Positions 10,628 to 19,959 of a stretch of 33,557 nt of DNA are shown in pieces; the first letter of the stretch is position 1, and every line of letters starts with the position of its first letter. A program made the position numbers and the translations under genes. A model generated the notes under the pieces. It saw only the letters and a list, made by a program, of their open reading frames with translations. It made no database searches and was not told the DNA's origin. Source of the DNA: a virus (taxonomy: Duplodnaviria; Caudoviricetes); the IMG/VR virus record IMGVR_UViG_3300032237_000089, positions 1 through 33,557 of that record; one strand, given 5' to 3'.

Positions 10628-11358
10628 CATGGGTCGCCGCAGCGGTTGGTGGAAGCGCCGTTCTAAATTACATCACGGGATCAAATCAAGCTGATGCTGC
10701 AAAACAAGCGGCGCAGCGTCAAGCTGATGCTGCTAACAGCGCTATTGCACTTCAGCGCGAACAGTTCAATACAATCAATGAGCAGCAACGCCCGCAACGA
10801 GAGCTAGGCTACAAAGGCGTAAGTCAGATTTCGGACATGATGCCGTATCTGACGAAGCAGTTTGGCGCGCAAGATTTGCAAGCAGGTCTTGTACCTAACT
10901 ATGACTTTATGCTTAGTCAAGGGCAAGGGATAAACGCAGCAAGAGCAAATCAAGCTGGTGGAATGATTGGTGGCAATGCTTTGCAAGGTCTTAACCAGTT
11001 CACGCAAGATTATGCAGGTAATGCATATCAAAATGCGTTTACTAATTTTACAAATCAGCAATCTAACATTTATAACCGTCTTGCTGGTATTGCAGGCATA
11101 GGACAGGCTGCACAAAATCAAGTCAACACCGCAGCAGGCAACATGGCAAATAATGTGTCTAGTCTTGGAGTAGGTGGCGCAGCAGCTACAGGCGCAGGAT
11201 TGGTAGGCGCTGCCAATGCTTACGGCGGTGCGGCAAGCAACATCGGTAACAATGCAATGTTAGCTGCGCTTATGTATAAGCCAACGCCCGCGCCAGCAGG
11301 AGGCGTTAACATGACACCAACATCAGCAGGCGGTGGATTTGAATTTCCGATAGCTTAA
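10624..11358 (+). CDS. DNA ejection/pilot protein, P22 gp7-like
   Basis: 244 aa, A/G/Q/N-rich; hydrophobic N-terminus; first of three ejection-type genes. Confidence 0.7.
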   Translation: MTWVAAAVGGSAVLNYITGSNQADAAKQAAQRQADAANSAIALQREQFNTINEQQRPQRELGYKGVSQISDMMPYLTKQFGAQDLQAGLVPNYDFMLSQGQGINAARANQAGGMIGGNALQGLNQFTQDYAGNAYQNAFTNFTNQQSNIYNRLAGIAGIGQAAQNQVNTAAGNMANNVSSLGVGGAAATGAGLVGAANAYGGAASNIGNNAMLAALMYKPTPAPAGGVNMTPTSAGGGFEFPIA

Positions 11359-11367
11359 GGATGAATC

Positions 11368-12984
11368 ATGGCAGATTTTGGATTTAATACAAACATTCCT
11401 CAAGGCATTCAGCCTGCAAGGACAAATCTTGCTGACATGGTTAACACCGCAGCGGGATTGCAAAGCTATCAGCAAGCGCGAGAAATCAATCCTTTGGTGT
11501 TGCAACAACAGCAACAAGCAACGCGCACAGGTGAAATTGCTTTAGGTCTACGCGAGCAAGAAAATCGCGAGCGCAACAATGTCATGCAGTTTATGTCCAA
11601 TCCTGACAACTATCAGACGAATGGACGAATTGACCTCGACAAAATGAACAAAGCGCTTCCTGCGATTGCGCCGTTGACTCATGGCGATGTGATAAGCAAA
11701 TTCACTACGTTGGGACAAGCACAAACACAAGCTATTGATGCAAAGCAAAAACTGACGCAAGAACAACGCAGTATGGTTGCCAGTAGGTTTTCAATCTTGG
11801 GCAGAAGTGGGGTGCAGGACAAAAACGCATATTTGCGAGAAATGGAACTGCTGAAACAAGAAAATCCCGAAAACCCTGATCTGCATCGACTTATTGACGC
11901 ATATAAAACAACGTGGGCAGATATTCAATCAGGGCCGAATTTGCCGGGGATGGCGATTGCTGGCGCACAAACGTTGCTTAAACCGTCTGAGCAGCAAGCA
12001 CTTGCTCCGACTGCTGGGACACTCAACACAGGCGCACAGATATTGCCGACGGTATCAACGCCGTCTGTTGGTGGTATGCCGCCTAGCATTCAAGTTGGCA
12101 GACAAGCGATTGCACCAGTAGAGTTGCCGCCCGGTTCTCGCATGGTTGATACAGGTCGCGTTGACGTTAACAACAATCCAGTCTTTAACGTGTTTGATGC
12201 AAGTGGTAGGGCAACTGGACAAGTAACAGTTCCGATAAATGCGCCGGAATCGTCATTGCCGGGTGCTGCACCTACTGCACCGCGTCCTGTCGTGCCTCAA
12301 GCTGCTGCATCTGCGCCGTCAATGGGCGTGGCTAGGATGCCGCCGGGTGAGAATGCCGAAACAATGGCGCTGGCAAAATCAATTCAACTTAAAGCAAATG
12401 AAGCCGCAGCGCGAGTGCCACAAAGCCAGTTTAATGCAAACCAAATCATTCAACTAGCAGACAAAGCCGCTACAGGTAAAGGCGCAGAGTTGTTGCAAGG
12501 ATTGACAGGTGGTTATGCAGGACTTGGGCTTGCAGGCACAACCGATATGGCTGATGCGTTTAACAAGCTAGGTCATTACATGGCGCTTGAAACTGCAAAC
12601 CTTGCCGCAGCGTCAGGACTTGGAACAGATGCAGCGCGAGGAATTGCTGAAAAAATGACAGGAACAACGTCTTGGACTGCTGACGCAATTAAGAGCACCG
12701 CACGTATCAATCGTGCCATGTCAACAGGCGTGGACTTGTTCAATCAAGGCGTAAACAATGCCGTAGCGCAAGCAAACAATAGCCCATTCGCTGCACGACA
12801 GTTTCAAAACAAGTGGTCGCAAGTTGCAGATGTAAACGCTTTCCGATTGATGGATGCAATAAAAAATAACGACACAGTTGCTGGACAAGAATTGATAAAA
12901 GAACTTGGTGGTGTTAATTCTCCAAAACTAAAACAGCTTAAGTTGAAGGTTAGCACCATTAACAACATGATCGGCGGTCAATAA
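11368..12984 (+). CDS. Putative DNA ejection protein (gp20 position)
   Basis: 538 aa, Q/A-rich helical; synteny with P22 gp7-gp20-gp16. Confidence 0.55.
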   Translation: MADFGFNTNIPQGIQPARTNLADMVNTAAGLQSYQQAREINPLVLQQQQQATRTGEIALGLREQENRERNNVMQFMSNPDNYQTNGRIDLDKMNKALPAIAPLTHGDVISKFTTLGQAQTQAIDAKQKLTQEQRSMVASRFSILGRSGVQDKNAYLREMELLKQENPENPDLHRLIDAYKTTWADIQSGPNLPGMAIAGAQTLLKPSEQQALAPTAGTLNTGAQILPTVSTPSVGGMPPSIQVGRQAIAPVELPPGSRMVDTGRVDVNNNPVFNVFDASGRATGQVTVPINAPESSLPGAAPTAPRPVVPQAAASAPSMGVARMPPGENAETMALAKSIQLKANEAAARVPQSQFNANQIIQLADKAATGKGAELLQGLTGGYAGLGLAGTTDMADAFNKLGHYMALETANLAAASGLGTDAARGIAEKMTGTTSWTADAIKSTARINRAMSTGVDLFNQGVNNAVAQANNSPFAARQFQNKWSQVADVNAFRLMDAIKNNDTVAGQELIKELGGVNSPKLKQLKLKVSTINNMIGGQ

Positions 12985-15215
12985 TGGGCGCTAGAGATGA
13001 GTATTCGTCTGCCGCGATTGATGATTTTGTCAATCAAGCAGTAGGTAAAGCCCCGGCAAGGCAAGCGCCTGCAAGACAAACGCCAGTCAGACCGGATATG
13101 GTTGTGTCGCCATCGCAGCAACAAGACCGCGACCGTGTGCGTCTGCGTATTTTGCAAGACGAGCAAAAACTAAATCCTGACGATGCAACCCTACGCACGC
13201 AAATCCAAGGAATGCGAGCAAAGCTAGGCGAAACTGGTGGCGAAGTGCCTAGCGATTATTCGTCCGAATCCATCGATAAGTTTGTTACTGAAAGCACCGG
13301 AGAAACACCGAAAACTGTCCGATCCTTAACTAGCAGACTGCAACAAGTTAGGGAAAAGACTGCCGAAGGTTACAGCGCAGAGAATTTGCGTCGTGTTGGT
13401 AGAGAAGCTGTTGAGGGCGTAACCGGCGCTGGTGAGGTTGTCCGCACGATGGTGCAAAACCCTGTTGCAACAGCGGTTAGCGGTCTTGCAGGCATAGCTG
13501 GAACGATCCTACCCGGTTCTGCGGGTCAGGGTGCTAATTGGGTTGAACGTGTCAACAAAGCCTTAAGCTACGAGCCGCAAACCAAAACGGGCAGACAGGC
13601 GACAGAGGTTTTGGGTGTGCCGGGTCAACTAGCCGAGGAATACGTTGCAGAACCGATAGGATCGGCTGTGGCGCAAGTTTCTCCCGCTGCGGGTGCTATC
13701 ACTAAGGGCGCGTTAACTGCTGCGCCATTGGCGCTAGGATTGCGTGGAAGGCGACCTGCCGTTGAGGTTTCCTCTGCCCGCGTAGTGCCTCCGGGTGAGG
13801 GCGTAATTAACCTTGATGTGCCGACGCAACTGCGTCAGCAACTAGAGGCTAGGCAAGCTGCACAGGTTCAAGCTGCTGCGCCTACTGCCGCACCTGTTGC
13901 CGCACCTGCTGCCGGTACTGCTGCGCCTGCTGCTCCTGTTGGCGTGCAAAGCGTTGGCGCTGCGGCTGTCTCGCCCGAAAAATTGCGGATTGAAAACGCA
14001 AGGTCGTTGCCTGTTCCGATTGAACTGTCAAGGGATCAAGCAACGCGCAACCCTGCGGATGTAAGGTTTGCCCGCGAGACAGCGAAAGACCCGGTGTTAG
14101 GTCAAGCGTTGCAAGAAAAATACGCCCGCGACAATGATTTGATTCAGAAAAATATGCAGTCATTGATTGAGCGCACCGGCGCAGAGATGACTGGTGTTGC
14201 ACCTGCACAGTTAGGCGAAGCATTGGTTAACGTTGTTGAACCTTACCGGCAAGCGCGAAAAGGCGAAGTCAGGACAGCATACGAAGCGGCAGATGCTGCT
14301 GGCGAAATGTCTCAGCCTGTGTCTTATGCGCCGCTAGTCAATTACTTGAACAAAGTCACAAAAGACCGCCCTACGCTAAAGGCAAATAATCCAATCCTCG
14401 GCATTATTGAAGATGAAATTAAAGCCAATGATCCAAACAAAACGGGTCAGATCAGCCTGCGACAGCTTGAGGACATTCGACAAGTCATTGTTAACGAGAT
14501 TGATCCAACGCAACGCGGCAGTATGTATCACGGCAACAAACTGAAAAAAGCTATTGATGTAGCAACGCAAAACGCTGGAGGCGATCTTTACAAACAAGCG
14601 CGACAACTTAACGCCCGTTACATGAGCGAGTTTGAAGATACGCCAGTCATTAAGAATCTGACGGCTATCAAGAAAGGCACGACTGATAGAGCCGTGGCTA
14701 TTGAAAGCCTTGTTGATAAATCTATCTTGCGTGGCCCTGCATCGGATGTGCAAAAGTTGTTTGCTACGCTTGAAAAGTCAGGGCCGGATGGCGTGCGTAT
14801 GGCTAATGAATTGCGCGGCTATGTTGCTGAACACATTAAGAACGAAGCTACAAAAGGCGTTGACAAAGACATTAACAACAAGCCTTATGTGTCTACCGCA
14901 AAGTTAGATAACACAATTCGACAGTTAGACAAAAGTGGCAAATTGGAATTGTTGTTCGGCAAAGAAGGCGCAGCGCATTATCGCACCCTAAACGATGTAA
15001 CGAAGGATTTGCAAACAGTTCCAAAAGGCACAACAAACCCATCAGGGACTGCTGCACAGATTGGCGCAATGCTTGCAGAAACAGGCGCACAGTTTGCACT
15101 TAGTGGAATACCAGCGCCGATTGCAACGCTAGGGAAAATGGCTTACGACAAACGTCAAACCACCAAAAAGCTAAACAAGATCAACGAGTTTATTGAGTAC
15201 GGCAAAAATAAATAA
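12984..15215 (+). CDS. Putative large DNA ejection protein (gp16 position)
   Basis: 743 aa, helical, C-terminal NPSGTA motif; synteny. Confidence 0.55.
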   Translation: MGARDEYSSAAIDDFVNQAVGKAPARQAPARQTPVRPDMVVSPSQQQDRDRVRLRILQDEQKLNPDDATLRTQIQGMRAKLGETGGEVPSDYSSESIDKFVTESTGETPKTVRSLTSRLQQVREKTAEGYSAENLRRVGREAVEGVTGAGEVVRTMVQNPVATAVSGLAGIAGTILPGSAGQGANWVERVNKALSYEPQTKTGRQATEVLGVPGQLAEEYVAEPIGSAVAQVSPAAGAITKGALTAAPLALGLRGRRPAVEVSSARVVPPGEGVINLDVPTQLRQQLEARQAAQVQAAAPTAAPVAAPAAGTAAPAAPVGVQSVGAAAVSPEKLRIENARSLPVPIELSRDQATRNPADVRFARETAKDPVLGQALQEKYARDNDLIQKNMQSLIERTGAEMTGVAPAQLGEALVNVVEPYRQARKGEVRTAYEAADAAGEMSQPVSYAPLVNYLNKVTKDRPTLKANNPILGIIEDEIKANDPNKTGQISLRQLEDIRQVIVNEIDPTQRGSMYHGNKLKKAIDVATQNAGGDLYKQARQLNARYMSEFEDTPVIKNLTAIKKGTTDRAVAIESLVDKSILRGPASDVQKLFATLEKSGPDGVRMANELRGYVAEHIKNEATKGVDKDINNKPYVSTAKLDNTIRQLDKSGKLELLFGKEGAAHYRTLNDVTKDLQTVPKGTTNPSGTAAQIGAMLAETGAQFALSGIPAPIATLGKMAYDKRQTTKKLNKINEFIEYGKNK

Positions 15216-15224
15216 GGACTAATC

Positions 15225-15947
15225 ATGGCAGTCAACCTTTCACCTATCGGAAACGGGTTTCAATTCCTTACGACTTCGGGCACTCCGTTGTCCGGTGGAT
15301 TGATCTACACCTATCAGGCAGGGTCTAGCACACCACTAGCAACCTACACCGACAACGGTGGAACGATAGCCAATGCTAACCCTATCGTGCTTGGTTCAGA
15401 CGGTCGTCCCACATCCGAAATTTGGATGACGTATGGCTACAACTACAAATTTGTGCTGAAGGATTCAACCGGCGCAACGATTCAGACTTATGACAACCTG
15501 TACGGAATATTGCAAACAGCGCCAGCATCTGCGCCGACATTGCCTTCGGGCATGATCTTGCTGTGGTCAGGGGCTACTGGAGCTATTCCTACTGGATACT
15601 TGCTGTGCGATGGCTCTAATGGCACGCCTGACCTGCGAAATAGGTTTGTGGTGGGTGCTGGTTCAACATATGCAGTATCTGCCACGGGCGGCTCTACTGA
15701 TGCGGTTGTCGTAAGTCATACTCATACCGCGACTGTTACTGATCCGACGCATAGGCATGAACAAGGTGGCAATGGCCCATTAGTACCCGGCGGTGGCTCT
15801 CAGACACCATTAGGCAACAGTGCCTCCGGGACTTATACACAGTACGCATCGACCGGCATCACCGTTGCCAACAGCACGACTGGCGTTAGCGGTACAAATG
15901 CCAACCTGCCGCCGTACTACGCACTTGCGTACATTATGAAGTCGTAG
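15225..15947 (+). CDS. Short tail fibre/spike adaptor: head-binding-like N-terminus plus tail-collar domain
   Basis: PLSGGLIYTYQAGSSTPLATYTD..NPIVL..GR; collar motif GMILLWSG..IPTGYLLCDG.NGTPDLRNRFVVGAG; ends NLPPYYALAYIMK. Confidence 0.8.
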   Translation: MAVNLSPIGNGFQFLTTSGTPLSGGLIYTYQAGSSTPLATYTDNGGTIANANPIVLGSDGRPTSEIWMTYGYNYKFVLKDSTGATIQTYDNLYGILQTAPASAPTLPSGMILLWSGATGAIPTGYLLCDGSNGTPDLRNRFVVGAGSTYAVSATGGSTDAVVVSHTHTATVTDPTHRHEQGGNGPLVPGGGSQTPLGNSASGTYTQYASTGITVANSTTGVSGTNANLPPYYALAYIMKS

Positions 15948-15949
15948 TC

Positions 15950-16111
15950 ATGGAAGATACAGATAGCCGGTTGTCTGTTCATGAGGCGGTCTGTGCGGAG
16001 CGATGGAAAGAAACCATCCTCCGCATCAAGCGGATCGAATCTATTGGCATTGCCTGTGCTGGCTCAATTATTCTTTTGTTGCTGCATCTAGTGACAAAAA
16101 CAGGGGGTTAA
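15950..16111 (+). CDS. Small membrane protein (lysis cassette; not in ORF track)
   Basis: Hand-translated 53 aa MEDTDSRLSVHEAVCAERWKETILRIKRIESIGIACAGSIILLLLHLVTKTGG; one C-terminal TM segment. Confidence 0.75.
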   Translation: MEDTDSRLSVHEAVCAERWKETILRIKRIESIGIACAGSIILLLLHLVTKTGG

Positions 16112-16115
16112 ATGA

Positions 16116-16649
16116 ATGATAGACCCGATCACGATAGGTGCTGCCTTTGCGGTAGCGAAAGGGGCTGTAGCTGGTGTTAAACAAGCTATTGAGTTAGGCC
16201 ATGAGATTAAAGACTGCTACGAGGACTTGCAAAAGTTTTTTCACAGTCAGGGCGAAATTGAAAAAGCGGCGAAAGCCGTTGAAGTAGCAAAGGCGCAACC
16301 AAAGTCGGAAGATCCGAAAGAAGCGGCAGCGCAAGAATCAATACTATCGCAAGCCTTCCAAATCGTGATGGCTCGCAAGCAGGCTAAGGAGTTTGAAACT
16401 CAGCTCCGCGACCTCTTTGCGATGAAAGGCGAGCTGGGGCTATATCAAGAGCTTTGCCAAGAACGCGACAGGCTGTCCGGTGAACAAGACGAATCAAACA
16501 GAGAAGCAATCCGCAAGGCTAGGCTGGCTAAAGACCGCGCAGCAAGGAAGAAACAAGAACAGGAAGAACTGCTAATGACAGCAGGAATCTTCGTGGTTCT
16601 AGGCATTGGCGGCATCATCATTTTTGTAGCAATTTACTACAGAGGCTAA
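16116..16649 (+). CDS. Coiled-coil protein with C-terminal TM anchor
   Basis: 177 aa; MIDPITIGAAF start, charged helical middle, hydrophobic C-terminus. Confidence 0.7.
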   Translation: MIDPITIGAAFAVAKGAVAGVKQAIELGHEIKDCYEDLQKFFHSQGEIEKAAKAVEVAKAQPKSEDPKEAAAQESILSQAFQIVMARKQAKEFETQLRDLFAMKGELGLYQELCQERDRLSGEQDESNREAIRKARLAKDRAARKKQEQEELLMTAGIFVVLGIGGIIIFVAIYYRG

Positions 16650-16651
16650 CT

Positions 16652-17044
16652 ATGTTTCCACTAGGCGCAGTCTTAGACATTGGCAGCAAGATACTCGACA
16701 AGGTATTTCCTGATCCTGCGGCGGCTGAAGCTGCAAAGCTAAAGCTGCTAGAAATGCAGCAAAACGGCGAACTAGCAGCATTGAATGCTGACGTGTCAGA
16801 GCAGCACGAACTGACCGACCGGCTTAAAGCGGATATGTCCTCGGATTCATGGTTGTCAAAAAACATCCGACCGACCACGTTGATTTTCATCCTTGTCACC
16901 TATACCACGTTCGGACTTATGTCGGCATGGGATATCGAGGTCAATAAGGAATACGTGCAACTGCTGGGCCAATGGGGAATGCTAATCATGTCCTTTTATT
17001 TCGGCGGCAGGACGTTAGAGAAAATCATGGGTGTTAAGAAATGA
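16652..17044 (+). CDS. Holin (GTA 3TM holin-like)
   Basis: LDKVFPDP..AKLKL, D..SDSWLSKNIRP, TM segments, FYFGGRTLEK. Confidence 0.8.
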   Translation: MFPLGAVLDIGSKILDKVFPDPAAAEAAKLKLLEMQQNGELAALNADVSEQHELTDRLKADMSSDSWLSKNIRPTTLIFILVTYTTFGLMSAWDIEVNKEYVQLLGQWGMLIMSFYFGGRTLEKIMGVKK

Positions 17045-17265
17045 GAGAGAAAACCATCTGTTTCGTGACGATCCTTGTCAGTATCACGCTGTCGCTGGTC
17101 ATGATCTCAATGGTGGGTGTGTTTCTAGTTGGCTTATTCATGCCTAACAACATCATCAATAACGACGATGTATTCAAGATTATCGGCCCATCGTTTCAAA
17201 CCATTGTGGGCGGGTTTATAGGCATCCTAGCGGCAGTCAAGGTCACGGAGCATATTGATAAATGA
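17041..17265 (+). CDS. Two-TM membrane protein
   Basis: 74 aa, two hydrophobic helices, between holin and endolysin with overlaps at both ends. Confidence 0.65.
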   Translation: MREKTICFVTILVSITLSLVMISMVGVFLVGLFMPNNIINNDDVFKIIGPSFQTIVGGFIGILAAVKVTEHIDK

Positions 17266-17786
17266 AAGCTAACTGGGAAGCTGCATTCGCTCATGTCATT
17301 CAGTCCGAGGGCGGCTATGTCAACGATCCGCACGACAAAGGCGGCGAGACTAATCTAGGCGTGACACGCATAGCATGGGGCGAGTATTTAGGGCGAGCAG
17401 TCATGGATGGCGAGATGCACGCTCTGACGGTTGAGGCGGTAAAACCGTTTTATAAAAAGCAATACTGGGATCGCTGCCGGTGCGACGACTTGCCCGCAGG
17501 CGTGGACTACGCGGTGTTTGATTTCGCTGTGAATGCCGGAACAGGGATGGCTGCTAAGTTTCTACAGCGTGCGGTAGACACAAAGGACGATGGCGCTATC
17601 GGTGCGGGTACATTGGCTGCAACGTCTAATCATCAGCCTAGCCAAGTCTTAGAGCGATTCTCGGATCAGAAAGAGGCTTTCTATCAGGGCATAGTATCCC
17701 GGCATCCCGAACAATTTAAGTTTCTAAAGGGTTGGTTGAGCCGGGTTGAGGCAGTCGAAAAAGCTGCGAACACTATGCTGGCGTGA
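17262..17786 (+). CDS. Endolysin, glycoside hydrolase family 108 with peptidoglycan-binding domain
   Basis: EGGYVNDPHDKGGETNLGVT, FDFAVNAG, DGAIG..T, FLKGWLSR. Confidence 0.92.
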   Translation: MKANWEAAFAHVIQSEGGYVNDPHDKGGETNLGVTRIAWGEYLGRAVMDGEMHALTVEAVKPFYKKQYWDRCRCDDLPAGVDYAVFDFAVNAGTGMAAKFLQRAVDTKDDGAIGAGTLAATSNHQPSQVLERFSDQKEAFYQGIVSRHPEQFKFLKGWLSRVEAVEKAANTMLA

Positions 17787-17931
17787 CCTTTCTGCCGAAA
17801 GCAGCGGTTAGCTGTTGTTCGGTAGGTTCGCGTTGCTGAGTGTCAGGGCATGATCTGACCTTGCACCACAATACCTTGTCGCCTTTTCGGAAAGGTATGT
17901 CACAAACCTTGCATCGTTCATAGTTTTCCAT
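17773..17931 (-). CDS. Small Cys-rich (zinc-ribbon-like) protein
   Basis: Hand-translated 52 aa MENYERCKVCDIPFRKGDKVLWCKVRSCPD...; last gene of the - strand arm. Confidence 0.55.
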   Translation of the reverse strand: MENYERCKVCDIPFRKGDKVLWCKVRSCPDTQQREPTEQQLTAAFGRKVTPA

Positions 17932-18097
17932 CGTCGTCTTTCATTTGATAAATACAAAAAAGTTTCAGCGATGAGGCGGTCTTGACGATCTCATCCGCTA
18001 GATCGCACGCCTTTGCCCAATCCTTTGAAAGCAAAGCATAGTGAGCGCTTTGACGTAGTCTAGCAATTTCGATAAGACCTTCAGAGTAATCCATCAT
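17918..18097 (-). CDS. Small hypothetical protein
   Basis: Hand-translated 59 aa MMDYSEGLIEIARLRQSAHYALLSKDWAKACDLADEIV...; ATGA coupling. Confidence 0.6.
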   Translation of the reverse strand: MMDYSEGLIEIARLRQSAHYALLSKDWAKACDLADEIVKTASSLKLFCIYQMKDDDGKL

Positions 18098-18243
18098 AGT
18101 AATTTTCCAAGTAAAAGTCCGAGTAAGAATCCTGACAGCACGCCCATAAATAAACCTTGCTGAGTCGCGCTTTTACGGTGACGCTCGACAAGTTGCTCAA
18201 GCGCGTCAGGCTGTAGCGTCTTGATGTATTCACGGTCAAACAT
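18094..18243 (-). CDS. Small membrane protein
   Basis: 49 aa MFDREYIKTLQPDALEQLVERHRKSATQQGLFMGVLSGFLLGLLLGKLL. Confidence 0.6.
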   Translation of the reverse strand: MFDREYIKTLQPDALEQLVERHRKSATQQGLFMGVLSGFLLGLLLGKLL

Positions 18244-18412
18244 GATGCACCACCCAAAGAATAGCGCCGATTAAAGCAATGCAGATGCCCGCAAACAAGG
18301 TAAATGCACAGGCATCCTCTGCAAACGTCCTTTTCTTTGTCGTGGTATCGCAAACAAACATAAAGCCGCAAAAGCCAAGTGCTGCCATTATCAGTCCACT
18401 AAAGAAGATCAT
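18236..18412 (-). CDS. Small two-TM membrane protein
   Basis: 58 aa MIFFSGLIMAALGFCGFMFVC...FTLFAGICIALIGAILWVVHHV; AGGA upstream. Confidence 0.6.
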   Translation of the reverse strand: MIFFSGLIMAALGFCGFMFVCDTTTKKRTFAEDACAFTLFAGICIALIGAILWVVHHV

Positions 18413-18578
18413 GTTTTTTCCTATAAAGATTACGGCACAGGGTTCGGTGGCACTCTTTGCACCAAGACGAGAGCGTTTTGAATTTCGTCAAACTGAACTC
18501 TACTGGTGGTTTGATTGTCTGACATTTCGAACATAGAGCCGGATGCTCCTTTAGCCTCCATCGTCGCTGCTTCCTCAT
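18399..18578 (-). CDS. Zinc-finger protein overlapping the upstream gene
   Basis: 59 aa MRKQRRWRLKEHPALCSKCQTIKPPVEFSLTKFKTLSSWCKECHRT...; CxxC...WCKEC. Confidence 0.6.
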   Translation of the reverse strand: MRKQRRWRLKEHPALCSKCQTIKPPVEFSLTKFKTLSSWCKECHRTLCRNLYRKKHDLL

Positions 18579-18825
18579 TTTCTAGTTCCTTTATTTTTTT
18601 GTAGTTGATGCGCCACATCATGTGCTTAGTGCGGGTTTTGCCGTTGTATTGCAGGCGCAGCCCCATCCGCAACACTAGACCATCGCGCACCATGCCGGTC
18701 ATATAGCGAGTGATATTCCCGGCATCGTCGTTAAGGATTATGGCGATGTTGGTGGCGGTCAGTTCCATATTTAAGCGCAGAACTTCCTGCATCCCTTCAA
18801 TAATTTGACGGGCGCGGGGTTTCAT
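18430..18825 (-). CDS. Winged-HTH-like DNA-binding protein
   Basis: LTATNIAIILN...NITRYMTGMVRDGLVLR; the C-terminal ~50 aa overlap the zinc-finger ORF. Confidence 0.55.
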   Translation of the reverse strand: MKPRARQIIEGMQEVLRLNMELTATNIAIILNDDAGNITRYMTGMVRDGLVLRMGLRLQYNGKTRTKHMMWRINYKKIKELENEEAATMEAKGASGSMFEMSDNQTTSRVQFDEIQNALVLVQRVPPNPVP

Positions 18826-19064
18826 TTCAGATGTGATGTGAACTTAGGAATGCAAGTGACCTCCACGACTGACGGGATCATGTGACCGTTAACCTTGCGG
18901 TTTGTAGTGATGACCATCGCCCTAGTGCCCGATCCTTCGCATTCATTGATAGCTGCGATAACCTGCATCCGCGACATGGGAGACACTTCCTTATCGACAA
19001 GCAACATTGACGTACCATCCGCTGCACAGCCTGTAAGAAGCAAGACAAGACAAAGCATTTTCAT
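18822..19064 (-). CDS. Lipoprotein
   Basis: Signal peptide MKMLCLVLLLTGC with lipobox LTGC; two further Cys. Confidence 0.75.
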   Translation of the reverse strand: MKMLCLVLLLTGCAADGTSMLLVDKEVSPMSRMQVIAAINECEGSGTRAMVITTNRKVNGHMIPSVVEVTCIPKFTSHLK

Positions 19065-19330
19065 TTAGCCACCTGTATCAAAGTTTCGCCTTGCTGTTGA
19101 CGAGCGCGGTTGAAGATCACGGTAATGTCGGTGTGTGAGGCTTTGGTAGGCGTGAAATGCCCGTCGAGAATGTAAAGGTTACGTTCCCGCAGATACTTGA
19201 TGCACTCTTTTCTTTTCTCGTCATAACGTCGCGGGTCTTGTGGCCTCCAGTTGTCAACAGGGATCAAATCAGGTTGCAATGCGTCATAAGTCATCATCCA
19301 GTTAATTGCATCAGCTAATCTCATCGTCAT
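19061..19330 (-). CDS. Hypothetical protein
   Basis: 89 aa, overlapping neighbours; CIKYLRERNLYILD. Confidence 0.65.
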   Translation of the reverse strand: MTMRLADAINWMMTYDALQPDLIPVDNWRPQDPRRYDEKRKECIKYLRERNLYILDGHFTPTKASHTDITVIFNRARQQQGETLIQVAK

Positions 19331-19688
19331 CCTCCGGTAAAAACCTGCGTCGAGCAGGATTGTTTTGCCAAAAGTAAAGATTGAACCGAAAACTACGGCG
19401 CTGCTCTGCGGTAATGATATTGGTGAAGTAGTTTGGCAATTCGTCCCACATTGCTTTGATCAGTTGTTTCTTGAATCGCTCGCCTTCCATGCCGATCATT
19501 TCAACGTAGTGCTGTGCGCCTTCCATTAGAAACATCATTGCGTCGATGGCTTTGTCCTGCGATACATCGACTTTGTGCCTCTCCGGGCTTTTGCGTTTCA
19601 CAGGCTTTAGACACGCATCAAGCACCGCAAGACTTACAACATTCGCAAGCAACTGTGTGCAGGCTTTGGTTTGTGCTTGTTCATCCAT
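19311..19688 (-). CDS. Hypothetical protein
   Basis: 125 aa; AAGGGGA RBS. Confidence 0.7.
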   Translation of the reverse strand: MDEQAQTKACTQLLANVVSLAVLDACLKPVKRKSPERHKVDVSQDKAIDAMMFLMEGAQHYVEMIGMEGERFKKQLIKAMWDELPNYFTNIITAEQRRSFRFNLYFWQNNPARRRFLPEDDDEIS

Positions 19689-19702
19689 AATTTCCCCTTA
19701 AG

Positions 19703-19957
19703 CTAGAAAGGAATCGAATCTTCCATGTCGGACAAATCGCCGGGATCAGCCTTTTTCTTTTTGGGCTGGTCTTTGTTCTTGTGCTGCATAGAGCAAGACA
19801 TGAACTTGCCTTTAGCGCCCTCACGAATCCAAGCTGATACCCACACAGGTTCGCCGTTCATGTCCAAGCCATCGCCTCGATAATCGGGGTGATTGTCGGT
19901 TTCTTTCTTGGCGTTCTTGAACAGCGTGAACGAGCCGGGTTTCGGTATGTAAGCCAT
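19703..19957 (-). CDS. Small ssDNA-binding-like protein (DUF736-type)
   Basis: LFKN..KE..NHPDYRG..G..VWVSAW; acidic tail ending DSIPF; follows ERF. Confidence 0.75.
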   Translation of the reverse strand: MAYIPKPGSFTLFKNAKKETDNHPDYRGDGLDMNGEPVWVSAWIREGAKGKFMSCSMQHKNKDQPKKKKADPGDLSDMEDSIPF

Positions 19958-19959
19958 GA

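Noticed and set aside
18081-18371. 96-aa - strand track ORF
   Set aside because: Region is better explained by a chain of short coupled ORFs in other frames
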